64,000 bases of DNA from Polypterus senegalus (taxonomy: Eukaryota). Every line of letters begins with the position of its first letter. The stretch's first letter is position 1. A program made the position numbers and the translations under genes. This document shows, piece after piece, positions 13,655 to 27,083 of the stretch. The notes beneath the pieces were generated by a model. That model made no database searches. It saw only the letters and a list, made by a program, of their open reading frames with translations, and was not told the origin of the DNA. The stretch is from contig NC_053155.1 of NCBI RefSeq assembly GCF_016835505.1, positions 74,788,088-74,852,087 on the forward strand, written 5' to 3'.

Positions 13655-13815
13655 TTGTCTTTATTGTTCACTTGACCCTTGTCTGTTTTTTTCAGCAAAG
13701 GTTTCCAGGTTTCCGACGTGTATAAACCCTTTTATACTTCTAAGATGGTAAAACACTATCCTAAATGACTATGTGAGCCTCAAGTCTAATTTTTCTTCCA
13801 CACTGGAACATGCAC
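13655..13815 (+). repeat. Copy 2 of the same direct repeat
   Basis: See 11300-11470. Confidence 0.45.
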
Positions 13816-14349
13816 CCCTTAACTTTCATTAATGCCGCTCCTCATATTACAGTGCTTTTTGCGGACACCTATGTCAGCTAATGGATTGACTGGCTTTGAT
13901 TATATATAAATTATTTTTTGATGTTCCAACACTTTATGTTACCACAAATTAGGTAAAGTTGAGAAAGGGGATTGAATATAATGTATCTTATAAAAATCAT
14001 AAAGCAATAAGGCAACGTATATGGTAACCGTGATAGATATTAAGACAACTTGTGTCCACTTCAGGAGTGTGGTTTTCCTTGGTTAATTTCAGGATTAGTA
14101 TAGCTTCCCTCCTTAAGTGTCATATGTCATTTAGATTCTGCATAAAATGAGTAAGTACAGAGATGTGTATCTCAACTGAATGATGAAAAAAATGCAACAT
14201 GATTTAAAAATTTTGAATTGTAGAAGACAATAAGATGGGGCCACTGATAAAATCTGAATAGTATGAGTGGTTTGTGTTTTTAATATTGTGTGCATTCACG
14301 ATCCCTAATTGCTTATCTCTTTTTGTCCTACAAGAGCTGCTAATCAGAG

Positions 14350-15150
14350 ATGATGAGTTGGGATCAGCTGTACTCTTTGCTTGGGGGTGTAAACAAACAC
14401 TCAACCAGCTTGGGGAAGATATGGCTCTCAGTCCTCTTTATTTTTCGCATTATGATCCTGGTGGTAGCAGTTGAAAGCGTCTGGGGGGATGAGCAGTCGG
14501 ACTTCACATGCAACACTTTACAACCAGGGTGCAAGAATGTCTGCTATGATCATTACTTTCCCATCTCTCATATTCGTCTGTGGTGCCTTCAGCTCATCTT
14601 TGTGTCTACTCCGGCTCTCCTAGTAGCTATGCATGCGGCCCACAGCAAGAAGGAACAGAAGAAGGACATCATTAAGACTATGGGAGATAAGGCTGATGAG
14701 GACCTAGAGATGCTCAAGAAAAAAAGGCTTCCAATTACAGGCTCATTATGGTGGACTTACACTGTAAGCCTCTTTTTCAGGCTGGCATTTGAAGGGGCTT
14801 TCATCTATGTTTTTTACTTGTTGTACAGTGGATTCCAGATGCCCCGCCTGGTAAAGTGTGATGCATGGCCATGTCCTAATGTGGTGGATTGCTTCATTTC
14901 ACGACCCACAGAGAAAACCGTGTTTACCATTTTCATGATTAGTGCCGCTGCACTCTGCATGGTCCTCAATGTGGCAGAAATGTGCTATTTGGTGGTTAAA
15001 GCCCTAGTACGCTGTTGCAAGTGCTCCCAGCAGGGGGTCAGTGCTCACCAGCTGCCCAATGGTATGGAGTACCAGCAGAACAAGGAGAAGGGGCAGCTGC
15101 TTTCTGAGGCCTCTTCTAGCAAAGACAGCTCCATGGACAAGTTTGCATAG
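14350..15150 (+). CDS. gjb2: Connexin (gap junction beta protein), single coding exon, 266 aa. The true start is probably the second Met at 14353
   Basis: Intact ORF with near-identity to the GJB2/GJB6 consensus: [77 protein letters not shown]…[14 protein letters not shown]…GSLWWTYT…[31 protein letters not shown]. Three extracellular-loop Cys per loop and four TM segments. A polypyrimidine tract plus AG acceptor sits just upstream (14320-14333), typical of a 5'UTR intron. The symbol is a clade assignment (gjb2 vs gjb6 unresolved). Confidence 0.9.
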   Translation: MMSWDQLYSLLGGVNKHSTSLGKIWLSVLFIFRIMILVVAVESVWGDEQSDFTCNTLQPGCKNVCYDHYFPISHIRLWCLQLIFVSTPALLVAMHAAHSKKEQKKDIIKTMGDKADEDLEMLKKKRLPITGSLWWTYTVSLFFRLAFEGAFIYVFYLLYSGFQMPRLVKCDAWPCPNVVDCFISRPTEKTVFTIFMISAAALCMVLNVAEMCYLVVKALVRCCKCSQQGVSAHQLPNGMEYQQNKEKGQLLSEASSSKDSSMDKFA

Positions 15151-15559
15151 CACTGCTATAACACAAAAAGTTGGATTCACCATTTTTCTGATGTGTTATC
15201 ACATAAAAACAGAATTTAACGACTTTTCTTTCTCCATGCTTACAAATGGACAGCTAAATGAAAAACTGACATTCATCAAAATTTTGAATTAAGAATAGTT
15301 TCCATGTACATGAACCAAAGTGTAATTTAAGATGGTTTAATTTAGGAGGACAAAGGGACAGTTTAAATTATGTACCAGACAGTAATATTTATGAAAGTGT
15401 TTAGAAATAAAAACCTGAAAACACAATAAATTGCAATGATGTGGAAGATAATTTTTCTTGTCTTGCTATGCATGGGGAAACAAATACACATAGTTACTGC
15501 TTTATCATTTACAGTACAACTGTGTGTTGCTGGGCAAGACCACTTTTCCTTTAGAACAA

Positions 15560-16060
15560 CCTGACATCAACGCGGTCCAGACTGACTATGTGACATCACA
15601 CAGTCCCTGTAGATTTTTCAGCTAGACCTTCATTTTGCAAACCTTGTATTCCACCTTAGCCCAAATAAGCTCAGTTGCATTGAGATCTGCGGCCTTTGAA
15701 GACCCTTGCAGTAAACTGAAGTCACTGTTATAATCATGGAAACTAAGTGTGATGATGCCTGCTTTGTAATATGGAACATTATCTTGCTAAAAGTAGGTAT
15801 TTGAAAAAGGCTTGACTATGAACATAAAGTGATGCTAAAAGCCAGCAATAACACTCAGGTAGGCTGTGGCATTCAAATGAGTCTGGCCATTCTCAGCTCA
15901 CCTTCACCCACAGAACTACATCTCACTAAACATTTTTGGCTTATTGCACTGACCTCTGGGAACTCTACAGACTTTACAGCATGGCCAGTTGTCTCTGAGA
16001 TATTAGAAACACCATGTCTGGCACCTACAATTACGTGATGGTCAAAGTCACTTAGATCTT
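15560..16060. mobile_element. Tc1-like fragment related to the element at 51548-52468
   Basis: ggtaggctgtggcattcaaatga… resembles 51660-51700 of that copy. Only scattered similarity remains. Confidence 0.4.
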
Positions 16061-18496
16061 ACGTATTGTCTGTTTTATTGGTTAGTACAGCACCAAATAA
16101 ACAGCAGGATCATATAAACATACTGTATATTATGATGCAGTCACAAATGTAGCTGTTTGGAAGAGCAGATACTAATAGGTTGTACTTCACTTCTAGGTTT
16201 ATGATTTGGGAATACCCTAAATCAAGGCTATGATGGTGATGGTGTGTCTGCTAGAACACGTGAAGCAAGAACAAACTGGAAAGATTATTTGCTTTAAAAG
16301 GGGATATTGAAGATTTATGTAGACATATAGGTTGTATAGATAAGTTGTAAAAACAGTGGATGATTATAACGAGAAAGAAAGGACAACAACTTTAGAATAT
16401 CAACAACTGCAACTCTGATCTTTTTCCTTCAATCTCAGGGTGATGCGGTATTTAAACTAGCTATGCACTACACTTACAGTACTTGTATCTGTAACACTTA
16501 AGTGACTTGTGTTAGGTTGTCATCTTAATATATTTTACTTATTCATCCCACTATATTATAAAACATTATAAACATGGGTCTTGTTAAATATAAATCATAA
16601 ACATTAACCATTTTGTTGAGTGCTGCTGAATGTTATTACTACTGCTGCAAATTATGAAGCAATGCAAAACTTTAACATAATAATTCATTTTGAGAGTTCC
16701 TGGTTCAACATATCACTGCTTACACATAATACAATAACTTAAATGTAACTTACCTTCAGTTAAAAATTGTACATAAATTAACTACATTTCATTTAATTCA
16801 AGACAAAAAAAAATTAGTTTTTGTTTTGTAAATATTTTCAAAATAACAATGAAACATTTGAAAAGTAATAATAAAAATAGAATTTAATTACATGTATTTA
16901 TAGAGTACTTAAAGTAATTGCATTTTACAGTATCATATAGTTGAAATAGGTGAATAGTCAAAAAGGCTTGAGTTGGATAACATGCTGTACCTTTCACAGG
17001 CAGCAGACTCCAACTCAAGTTATGTAAAAATTGTATCAAGTGATGTTTGTTGGCTGTGGAGAGTCAATGACTAATTGTAGTTCATATTTTTTAAACTTTA
17101 CATTTTTGAAAGAAGTACCTGATGGAGAGTTAAAATTTAATTTTGAAGTTTCAAGATCCATTTTTTAGCTGTGTTGACCATGGCAGATGATCATTGTGGC
17201 ACTTTGCGAGTAGATTATAGTGTCTGTGAAATATGCAGCCACAGGCTTGTTTTCAGTGTAACATAACAAATAAGTACATGTTTATTCAGTATACTGAATG
17301 CATAATACTGTACTTTACAGAGCCATGCTTATGGAGCCCCTTTCCTTTCTCATGTATTTCGACAAATGTTAAGTGAATTTTTGTTTTCCTTGCCTGCATT
17401 ATTTATCTTAAAGTTACAAAGATCACTTAAACTTACCTGTTACATCTTCAAGCAGCAGTAGTTGTAAGTTGGTGTTGCAAATGTTCACACTAATAGGGTG
17501 ATATGAGGGAGGGCTCCTACCTACATGGCTGCCAACATTGCGGGCATTTCAATAACTTGCATTGGAGATCTGTTGTGCTGTTGGCAGTGAATGGCATGGT
17601 GTGGAATGGAGGAAAACATTGTACACAAAATATATAAGTTGAAAAAAACACTCTCAAGGTAAATGTGAAATAGTAAATTAATCCGTAATTTAGGTTTCAC
17701 AGAATGTTTTTCCATTTTAAAATAGATAATTTCAAAAACTCACCAATTATTTATAAACGGGAGATGTTTTATGGAAAACTGGATTTTCCTGAAAAATGTC
17801 CTTAAGGGATACGTGTACAAAATTTCGACAAAATCAGTTTACTGGGAGCTGAGCATTTTCATATGGACAAAGAAAGAGATGTGACAGTGACATTAGATTT
17901 TAGGGAAACACACCTAAAGTAAGAGTTTACATGGAGATATCAAAGTTCAGGCTGTTGATTTTAAATACTCACATAAAAAATCAGAAACACACAAAAAGTA
18001 AAGAACAAAGATATACATTTAAGATATGTAATAAACTTGGGAGGCTTGCCAAATTATAAAGAAGATATGACAGGAGTGGAAAAGGTTCAGAGAATTTTTT
18101 TAATGCTTTTCTATGACAGCAGCAGCTAAGAATTATGTGCTTTTTGTTTATTTAGTTATTTATTTTTTTAATTTGGTTGTTTGGGCAAAGTCTCCACATA
18201 ACACCACTTTCTCTGTCAGTATGAACTGCAAATATCAAAACTCTAAGAGCAACTCAAACACGCTTATTTTAAAAAGCAAAATAATACAATGTACTGTATG
18301 AATAACTCAAAAATTATAGATGATGAATATATAAGTACACAAAAGACAATGAAATTAAAAGAGACAAAAAAACTTGAGTGACTGTTTTTCATTTTCCTCT
18401 TCAAAACACGGTCTTATAAGTTATATTTCCCCTTAATTGTTGTTGTTGAATACATTAAATACCTTTGATAATACTGTTAATAATCATTCAGTGTTC

Positions 18497-18606
18497 TATC
18501 CATCCATTATCCAACCCGCTATATCCAAACTACAGGGTCATGGGGGTCTGCTGGAGCCAATCCCAGCCAACACAGGGCGCAAAGCAGGAAACAAATCCCG
18601 GTGTTC
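18497..18606 (-). repeat. SINE 3'-tail fragment, reverse orientation
   Basis: ccatccattatccaacccgctatat…cagggtcatgggggtctgctggagccaatcc is the reverse complement of the SINE tail. Confidence 0.7.
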
Positions 18607-19599
18607 TAATGGTTCTCTTTTAGCTTATCCTTAAATTAGTCCTTTTAAATGCAAATTGGTTATCAGAGAAACCTTTGTAATTGCATTAGCACCGCTGAAA
18701 CCTGTTACTTGTTCAGTTAGATTGCAGGGTTCTGGCATTTCTAAAGTTCACTTCTGGATCCAGAAATGTCCAAAATGAAACAGCTTTCCCAATAAACATG
18801 CCAGTATATTGTTTTTATGCAGAATGAATGCTATTACATATGACAGTTTGGCAAAAAAAAAAAAATGAATACAAAGGTGTCTGTTACTGTCTTGAGAGAA
18901 GAGAGCAAACTGGACTTAACCAGAATGGAAAAATAAAGGGAAGGCCCAGATACACATCTGCATACGAGGTGGACGACACCAGAGTACTTAGTTTGTGAAA
19001 CAAAGATCTTTCAGTTCCTCAGTTGGCAGCTTCCTTAAATAAATGCCAAATACCTGTGTCATCGGCAACAGTAAAAAGAAAACAAGGGCTATTTAATTAA
19101 GTCATATTTAATTAAAAATACCTGCACGTCAAATATCAGCTAATCAAAATACAATCACAGGTATCACTCACTAAAAGCACCACAGAAATGAATGAAAACT
19201 CTTTAGGTTTTCACTAGAAAAAAGTGGATTTACACATAAGTGCAATTTTACTTTTCATGTATAGTCGTATTTTGACTAATAAAACGTATATTTGAGATAT
19301 ATCAAAGTCAACTGCTAAGCTAGTATGTAAGTTACACTGTAATTCATAATTGTGTGGTTTGAAGATGTGCAGGGTCCAAGAGAACTGGGATTTGACAGCA
19401 AGCGGAGGACTAGACTCAGTCCCCCTATGGGCAAACCTGTGAACCTCTTGATTGTCTGCTTCTTAAAATCTTCAAAATGTATTTCAAGCAACGGTTATTA
19501 AGTCCTTAACGGCTTGTGTTGTGAAGCTGAGGTCTCAAGACAACCCAAAAATTTAATCAAATTTTATTTGTCACATATAAATTACACATATAGTACAAT

Positions 19600-19980
19600 T
19601 TGTAGTGAAATGCTTACTGTATAGAAGCATGTATATATTCATAGGTCTGCCCTTGCACCCGAAAGCACTCCGAGTGTGTCTGGTTCCTGTTCTGGCAGCA
19701 ACCAGGGAACCATCCAGGCACCCCCTGGCGGTGGGCACGGAACCCTCAGGGTTGAGCTGGCCCGGATGCCATCCAGGGGTGCTGCCCTTTTGCACGTCAG
19801 GGAAGATATGGCTCCTCTCCCGGTCCTTCCCTTCTCGAGGCGTCCCGGTGGGGCAAGGTCCCTGGTTGTCTGCTACAATAAATATTGTTAAAAACAACCC
19901 CCCAAACACACATAAGAACTTCTGGATTGAATCAGAGAGCTGCTGCGGTCAATCACAGGCTTGTAGGTGGCAGTGAGGTG
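19600..19980. repeat. Unclassified GC-rich interspersed repeat
   Basis: Overlapping ORFs on both strands and a compositional island in AT-rich surroundings, with no gene-like splice context. A TE is likely but not classified. Confidence 0.35.
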
Positions 19981-20399
19981 GTCAAATTGGCTCAGCTGTA
20001 CTAAAGGTTTACTTTTAAAGGTATGACATTACAGAGCATGTCCAGCTTGTTGTGTTCACAAATCTAACGTGCTAGCTTAAGTTTGTTTCTTGTGATGTTC
20101 GGTTAAGTCATCAGCATTCTAGGGTCTGCATGATTCATTCATTAGAATATTTGTACTGTAACTCAGTTCTGTTCCCACGTTAATAAACATCACTAAAGGA
20201 TGACGTAACTGATCTTGTTACGGCAGGAACATGGAAAAGTTCATAATAGACAGATAGATAGATATATAGATAGATAGATATTTATTAACCCCAAGGGGAA
20301 ATCCACATGTATCCAATATATGAATAACACATTTTTGTTTTAAATGTGATGTGCTTACTTCTTCACCACTGCTAATTTCTACCTTTTCAACTCCGTCAT

Positions 20400-20812
20400 G
20401 CCGCACGAGGTGAAAAACACTTCCAGCGTTGAAATAGCGTCTGAAAAAGAAGTTTAAGCTAGTTCTCCACAATAACCAAATACCACAGTACCTGAACTCG
20501 TCCCAACTCTCCTTGACATGTAAAAGTTCATTTAATTTATTTAAAAACGATTGAACATCAATGAAGTCAAATATCCCTTCTCTTATTGGACTTTCTTTCA
20601 CAAACTTGTAACCTCCCATTTTTTTCGGCTCCGAAACACAATTCAATTGGCTAAGTTTATGTTTTTTAAGGTACCCGCCCATTGACATACCTCTTAAATT
20701 GATTGGTGTAACGTAACTTTCCTAAGTATTGATTGGATAAGAGAAAATAGGCTCCTCCCCTACGCACACAGTGTCCGGCCCTTGCGTACAAAACTGCGAA
20801 AAGCGAAGTGAC
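20400..20812 (+). promoter_or_regulatory. mpp8 promoter and 5'UTR: TATA-less, CpG-enriched, two inverted CCAAT boxes
   Basis: ccaatcaatttaag and ccaatcaatac (attgg on +) at ~20690-20740, a GC-rich block 20750-20830, and the ATG at 20813. Confidence 0.5.
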
Positions 20813-20956
20813 ATGGCGACGCAGGCAGAGCAACGGAGTGAAGCAGAGATGGAGACTGCAGCAGGAGCTGAACGTTCGGATTTAGGAGACAGTGAACAGG
20901 ATGAAGAAGATGATGTTTTTGAAGTGGAGCGAATCATCGACATGAAAGTGGAAAAG
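20813..20956 (+). CDS. mphosph8: MPHOSPH8 (mpp8) exon 1: start codon to the beginning of the chromodomain
   Basis: MATQAEQRSEAEMETAAGAERSDLGDSEQDEEDDVFEVERIIDMKVEK followed by gtacgg. Matches human MPP8 …EDVFEVEKILDMKTEG…. Confidence 0.8.
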
Positions 20957-23421
20957 GTACGGGAGTGTTAAGAACTCAATGGTATTTTAACGCGTTCTGT
21001 TTTACAGGCCCAGATGGGCTGTGTGAATTGTGTATATCTGAACGTTTGTTTAAAAGTTCCTTTCGGTGATTGCGGCCGTGGCGGGAATAAATCGCCGAGT
21101 GCTGCATTTGATTGAACGATATGTACACTGTGTCATTTTAATACTGTCTGCTGGACTTTTTGAAGAGAATGGAAGAATTAGTAATTTACAAATACTACAG
21201 CGCAGCTCGTATACATTTACATAAAACGAACTCCCCCTACCCGGTTCACGTGTCTTTCATTTTTTTATGTTAAAAGAAGTCTGGCGCATTGTGCATATGC
21301 TCCCCATGGAAAAAAAACATTTACGAGTTAAATACTTCCTGGACTTTCTTAAAGTCTAAATTATTCAGTTCCAGATTTAATTGCATTAAAGTGAATGGCA
21401 TTCCTGATGTGTTACTTGATACCTGTAAATGCTGTAGTAATATGTTACATTCGCTGTTTTAATTTCGCTATCAGAACACATGCAGGTAGGTTGATGTGCA
21501 AATCTAAACTGGCAGCCAAAGGTCTAATATTAAGTGTGATCTGTTTTGGAAAAAGCCTGTTAAAACTGAGCCAGCGAGTAGGGCAATTGACTGATATTGC
21601 CACTCTCAAAACTTCACAAGTTTAGATTCTCCAACCATTTGGTACATTTGAAGGTGGTCTTTAACTCATGGAGCTTATGTGGATTTATTTTCCCAACATC
21701 CAATCAAATGGAGCTTTTGTTTTTCTTCCTGGCTATCTGACCATACAGTAGCGTTTGCTTTTTAACCCTCACAACACCTTTGGGTCAGATATGACTCGTG
21801 TTTGTGTATTGAAATCAGTAAAAGCATCCCAAATTGAATATATTCAGGGTAAAACCTTGTGACATTTCCTCAAATTAAAGCAAAGTTTATATCTAAAAAA
21901 AAACAAACTAAACATCCCATAATTTGTATAGTTCTCTGGTTAGTTTTGACTATTCATTTACAATAAAACCTCCATTATCCGTCAGGGGTCAGGACCAAGG
22001 CTGTGACGGATAAGTAAAAAGACGGATAACAGAACAGCTACTTTAAAAATGGTGTACAGTAGATGAGTTTTGCGAATAATCATATTTATTTACAAAACAA
22101 AACTATTTTAAAATTAATACATATAATACTGTAACGACTAGTGTAATAAGCAACTGCAACTCGGCGGTACTGGAGTTTTCTGTTTTACTTGAAGCCTTCG
22201 TTCCTTAACAAACGGTGCATGTCTTGTACACCGTTATCTGAGTTACAGAGCACACGTCCTAAACAGTAAAAGAAAGCTTTCCCTACTAATCAGTTTATTT
22301 CTTGCCACTTGCATTATTTTTTCTTTATATCACAAACACTCCTGCTTATTGTCTCCTGAATCCCACAGAAGCCCTTCACCCAGTCTCCCCATTAACAGCC
22401 TTCATTCCACCCTTTCTGCTCCTGTACAGCGCATCACAAGCTGCCCGAACGTCACAATATATTAACAAAATATAGCCGAATTTTAAAAGAAAATTGCAAA
22501 TCAGTTTACAGATACGAATCGAAGCAATACTTGAAAGACCATTTTGTAACTGTTTAATAATTTCAATTTTTGTGACAATTCCAGCACCACACACATGTTT
22601 ATTGGCCATAACAATGTTATAGTAGATTCATTATAACAAAAGAGAAAATTTATGAAATGTTATTAAAATTGAAGGTACGTAACCAACACTGTGGTGCTGG
22701 AGAAGAACACTGCGTGCTTGCACAAAGGAAAAGTGTTCCAATGTGCAAAACTCACAGCATACTGCACAGCGGCAGCATTAGCATTAGTAGTAGTAGTAGT
22801 AGTACGGTAATAGGTAGGTGCTGGCATGTGCAAATTTTTTTTTTTTTTCCTCCCCACCTTGCACCCATCTAGTTCCTGCCACAATTAATTCCAGTCCTCC
22901 GCTCATGTTCACCAGTTTTGCCCCTCTCTGCATACCTGATCTTGACATGAAATATTGGTGAGGTCCAGCTTGCTAAAAAAGTATAAAAATATAAATACAC
23001 ATGCACACACATGCAGGTAAAATTCCATTACAACAAATATCTTTACAACGAAATTTTCATTACAATGAAGTACATTGGTCCCGACAGTTTCCCCTTATGA
23101 CATGAGTCTATAGAAATCTCGTTACTACGAAGTACATTCCGCATATACTTTCATTACAACGAAGTGACCTTGAAATGCCTGAATGAATCATCCACAGTGC
23201 AGTTTTTTCCTGTGGTCACAGCTCAGTTGCACAACGATCCCCAAACAGAAACACTGTCTTTTTTTTTTTTTCTTTCTTTGAACTTTACTTGTACAGCTTG
23301 CTGTTTTTGTTTTCGCTTGTTTTCAGTGATACCTTTTGCTTATTGCTTTTCCACATTTTAAAAACATCTATTGGAATTTAACACATTGTCACCCTCTTAT
23401 GGAAACGGCAGACACGAAAAA

Positions 23422-24240
23422 ATGACAACAGTTCATATTAGGAAAAAAAAAAACTTCAAATTTTGCGGTTCTCAATTCCAGCAAAAAGAAAAAAGACGTT
23501 GCCAGTGAATTCAGAATTTCACCATCGACACTGTCAACTTTCTTGAAAGACAGAACAAAAAAAGAAGAAAAATCTCGGGTTGCAACCGTATGTAAACTGA
23601 TGCATTTGAAGATGTCGAACGAGCCGTCTTTATGTGGTTCAGTGATGCTCTTTCAAGAAACGTTCCTATTAATGCGGCATTCATTCTAGAAAATGTGAGG
23701 TTTGTAAACTTTCTTGGTACCTCCGTCAACGGGACAACACACTGAAGAGCATCCCGACTGTTTATCTGTTGCCGGGGCAACAACAGGCTCAAAGATGTGC
23801 TGCGGCTCGCCGGTGAATCAAACAGAAAAAATCTCGATGAGGATATGCAAGGAACATTGTAAATGCAGGGAACAGGGTTACTTGGCCACCAACCTAGCCA
23901 CAACCCTGCCTGACTGCTGTCTGTGTATAGCAGAGTGGCAGATCCTGCTACAATAAATAACTGTGCTCTTCCTGGTTCAAGCTGAATAACGCTGGTTTTC
24001 CTAAAGTACTGAGACTCTGCGTCATGTTTTGGGATGTAAGACAGGGACTTCTAGCGCGACCACGACCTTTTAAGATTTGCTTCTGCAGCGCTGTAAGCCT
24101 GCTGTTGTCCTGTTCTGGCAACGGACAAACAATCTTCCACAGACGCGGCAATCATGCTTCAGGACGCACTTACGCATGTCGCCCCGTTGGGTGGGATCCC
24201 AAAAGAGTTCAGAAACCTTACAATATGAAGAAGCAGAAGT
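23422..24240 (+). pseudogene. Degenerate pogo/Tigger-type transposase fragment in mpp8 intron 1
   Basis: CENP-B-type HTH (…SKKKKDVASEFRISPSTLSTFLKDRTKKEEKSR…), then …FEDVERAVFMWFSDALSRNVPINAAFILENVRFVNFL… and …ISMRICKEHCKC…LPD… spread over shifted frames. Confidence 0.55.
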
Positions 24241-25061
24241 GATTTTGTACCATTTGTTCAGAGAAAATAGAAAAGCTAAATGATTTTCTTATTTATCAGC
24301 CTATGTAAAATATCGTTCAATGGTCGAATAAACTTTTCCTAAAATCAAAAAATTCCAACAAATTACATTTGAGTCATGTGCCACTTTAGATAAGAAGCTT
24401 TAAAGAAAATACACAAAGAATTCTTTACACTTAGTTCTCATGCCAGAAACAAAAAAATGCATTCCTTAATAAAATGTCATCAATTTAGTACATTTTTTTC
24501 TGACATATAAGCATAGCTCCAAATTTTCTGCAAAAAATGAACCACAACATCATACAATAGTGTTTTTGTTTTTTTGATGGCATATTTTCTGTATGAAATT
24601 TTGTTACACATATATCCTAACATTGTAATATTCATAATTAATATGAAAATATACAATTTTTTTTTTAATTCTCATAACAGTTTTATGCAAGGCAACTTTC
24701 AAGTGCCACTATAAAAGACTGTATTTCAGTGAAAACTATGCCTTTTTGAAAAATATTAACGGGAAAGAGTCTACTGAGAAGATATGTTTGCTGGTGAGTG
24801 GTAACTGCAACACAGCATGTTGTGTATTTGCTCATTTCAAAGTGATTATTACTTATTTGGGAGGGTGTGAGCTCAGAAGAAAAAATAATTTTCATCTTTT
24901 ACTCCTTACAACACTGAACCTTTAGTTAGATTAATAATCAATTTTTTACTTGGGTTAGTATATTGGTGTGATATTTATTCCTAGTATAGGGATGATATAC
25001 TTGATCAAGCCTAGCAGTTACAGCTAATTTTCTGTTTGGTACCTGCTTATTTATGTTTCAG

Positions 25062-25217
25062 GGTATGATTACGTACAGAGTCAGGTGGAAAGGCTATGCT
25101 TCGGATGATGACACTTGGGAGCCAGAAGAGCATTTGGAGGACTGTAAAGAAGTACTACATGCATTTCAGCGAAAGATGACAGAAACCAAAACCAGAACTG
25201 CAAAGAAAGAAAGTGTG
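25062..25217 (+). CDS. mphosph8: mpp8 exon 2 (chromodomain)
   Basis: AG acceptor then GMITYRVRWKGYASDDDTWEPEEHLEDCKEVLHAFQRKMTETKTRTAKKESV then gtaggc. Human has KVLYKVRWKGYTSDDDTWEPEIHLEDCKEVLLEFRKKIAENKAK. Phase 0/0. Confidence 0.88.
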
Positions 25218-25928
25218 GTAGGCTTCTAACAAATTGTTGATTTATTTTTTATATTGCATTCTTCACGTTGTGGTTACTTTTCTTGGCTATCTTAGAATGT
25301 CAGCATACGCTGTACACTTTTACCAGGAGAGGAATGGTCAATCCTGGATAACTGTATGTTGACTTCATAAACTTCACTAAGCAAAAGTGGATGAAAAAGA
25401 AGAGAGACATTTTAAATTATGTAATGTCTTTAATGTATCTGATTATACACTGAGAGATTTAGGTTGGCAAACTTTATTTCAGAATCAGTTTCTGTGAGTT
25501 CTAAAACTCCTTTGATAAGCCAACTGATATTCAGAGCTTCAGTGTGTATATCTGTTTTAAAGTAGTCATTGGTACATAATGGATCATTGACCAGTAAACT
25601 ATTGAAAGAAAGTTAGACAGTGGCAAGAGGCCAGGAAAAAATTATTTAATTAGGTGTGAGATAGAATTTCTTTAAAAGAGGTTAGTACAGTTTTGCAAAG
25701 CCATCTAAAATATGAGAATATTACTTCAGTGCTACTTTTAATTAAAAGCAATTCTTTTCCTTGTATAGATGCTTGAAAATTATAGCCATGGTATAAATGA
25801 TTCTTACTTTTATGTCGCAACCTGATAATGTGTTAATCAGGAAAGCTTTAGTATCAGTTGATCATTGTCTGTCTGTCCTAGCTTGACTGTACAGGTATAA
25901 TGTGTGTCTCTTACTTCTTTTTAATTAG

Positions 25929-27083
25929 AAGCTGCCAACAAAGAATGATATTTTTGATGCAGAATCGGACAGTGATGGCCCTTGTGATAGCAGAGACACA
26001 TCTCCCCGAATAAAGAAGAAGAAAAACAAGCTCAAAGAGCTGGATACTACTCCAGGTAGTCCAAAGAAAGATAAGAAATCAAAAGTTGACAAAATATGTG
26101 AGCCAGAGAAATCTAAAAGTGAGCAACAAGATAAGTCCCCTTCAGTCTCTCCTGTCAATGAGAAGACTTCAAAAACAAAGAAAAGAACTATTGAAGCGGA
26201 CACTGAGCATAAAGGGACGAAAAAACAAAAAAAACATGATGCAAAAGAAAATGGAAAATCTAGAAAAGAATTGACTGATGCAAAGAAAAAACAAAAGATA
26301 TCTAGAGAAAGTAAAATTAATGATACCGCACAACCACAGCAAGAGACATCAGATAAGGATGAGGGTTCTGCAGATGAACTCTCGCATGATGAGCAGAGCA
26401 TAGTAAGCACAGAAGCTACTGACATCTCTGTAGATGAACAAGCTCAAGAACCGACCTCGTCTTTTGATTCAACTATGAAAGCTGATGCTGCTGTCTGTCT
26501 AGAGCAAAGTCCTGTGGATCAGAATGCAAGGCAAAAGAAAACGAAAAAGCATGCTTCTGAACAGAGGGTAAAGCTACAGGATATAAAAGAACTTATTCTT
26601 GAAAAAAAAGGAGTACGTTCAGAGAGCAGTATGAGTAAAAGGGAGTCGACCCATTTAAAACTACGAAATATACTAGCAGCAAGTAGGTCTACTGAGTCAA
26701 GTGAGAAAACTCAAAAATCATCAAAAACAGGAGCTGAGGAGTCTGAACAGTCTTCAGATTCAAGTGAAGGACTTGGTGGTGTCAAAAGAAAAGCAAAAAG
26801 CAGAGTTTTGGATTCATCACCAGAACTGGAATCTAGGGGAAAGAGTAAAGAGGAAGAACATGCTGATAAAATCGGTTCTAGTTCAGGTACACCTTCAAAA
26901 AGCAAAAGCATTTCTGCACCATCTTCCCAAGAGGAAAGTGAAAAGGAACAGTTCCAATCTCCAAGTCTGTTTGAGAAATTTTTGCTGAACTGTGAAGCAA
27001 AAGACCGAATTCCTAAAAAGCAAAGTTTGGGCACTGCAACAACGAATGTGGAAGACAAAACTGAGAACAAAACAACTGGAAAG
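25929..27083 (+). CDS. mphosph8: mpp8 exon 3: large K/E/S-rich low-complexity exon, 385 codons
   Basis: Acceptor ttaattag then KLPTKNDIFDAESDSDGPCDSRDTSPRIKKKKNKLKE… open to …NKTTGK then gtgtgc. Human has LNNDIFEANSDSDQQSETKEDTSPKKKKKKL…. Confidence 0.8.

Noticed and set aside
19571-19976. Three overlapping ORFs (112, 123 and 71 aa) on both strands
   Set aside because: A GC-rich repeat island with no splice context and no homology. Overlapping open frames of this kind are typical of GC-rich TE fragments.
20218-20688. 156-aa minus-strand ORF immediately upstream of mpp8
   Set aside because: It overlaps the mpp8 promoter and CCAAT boxes and the LINE-tail repeat. It has no homology and no splice signals, so it is unlikely to be coding.
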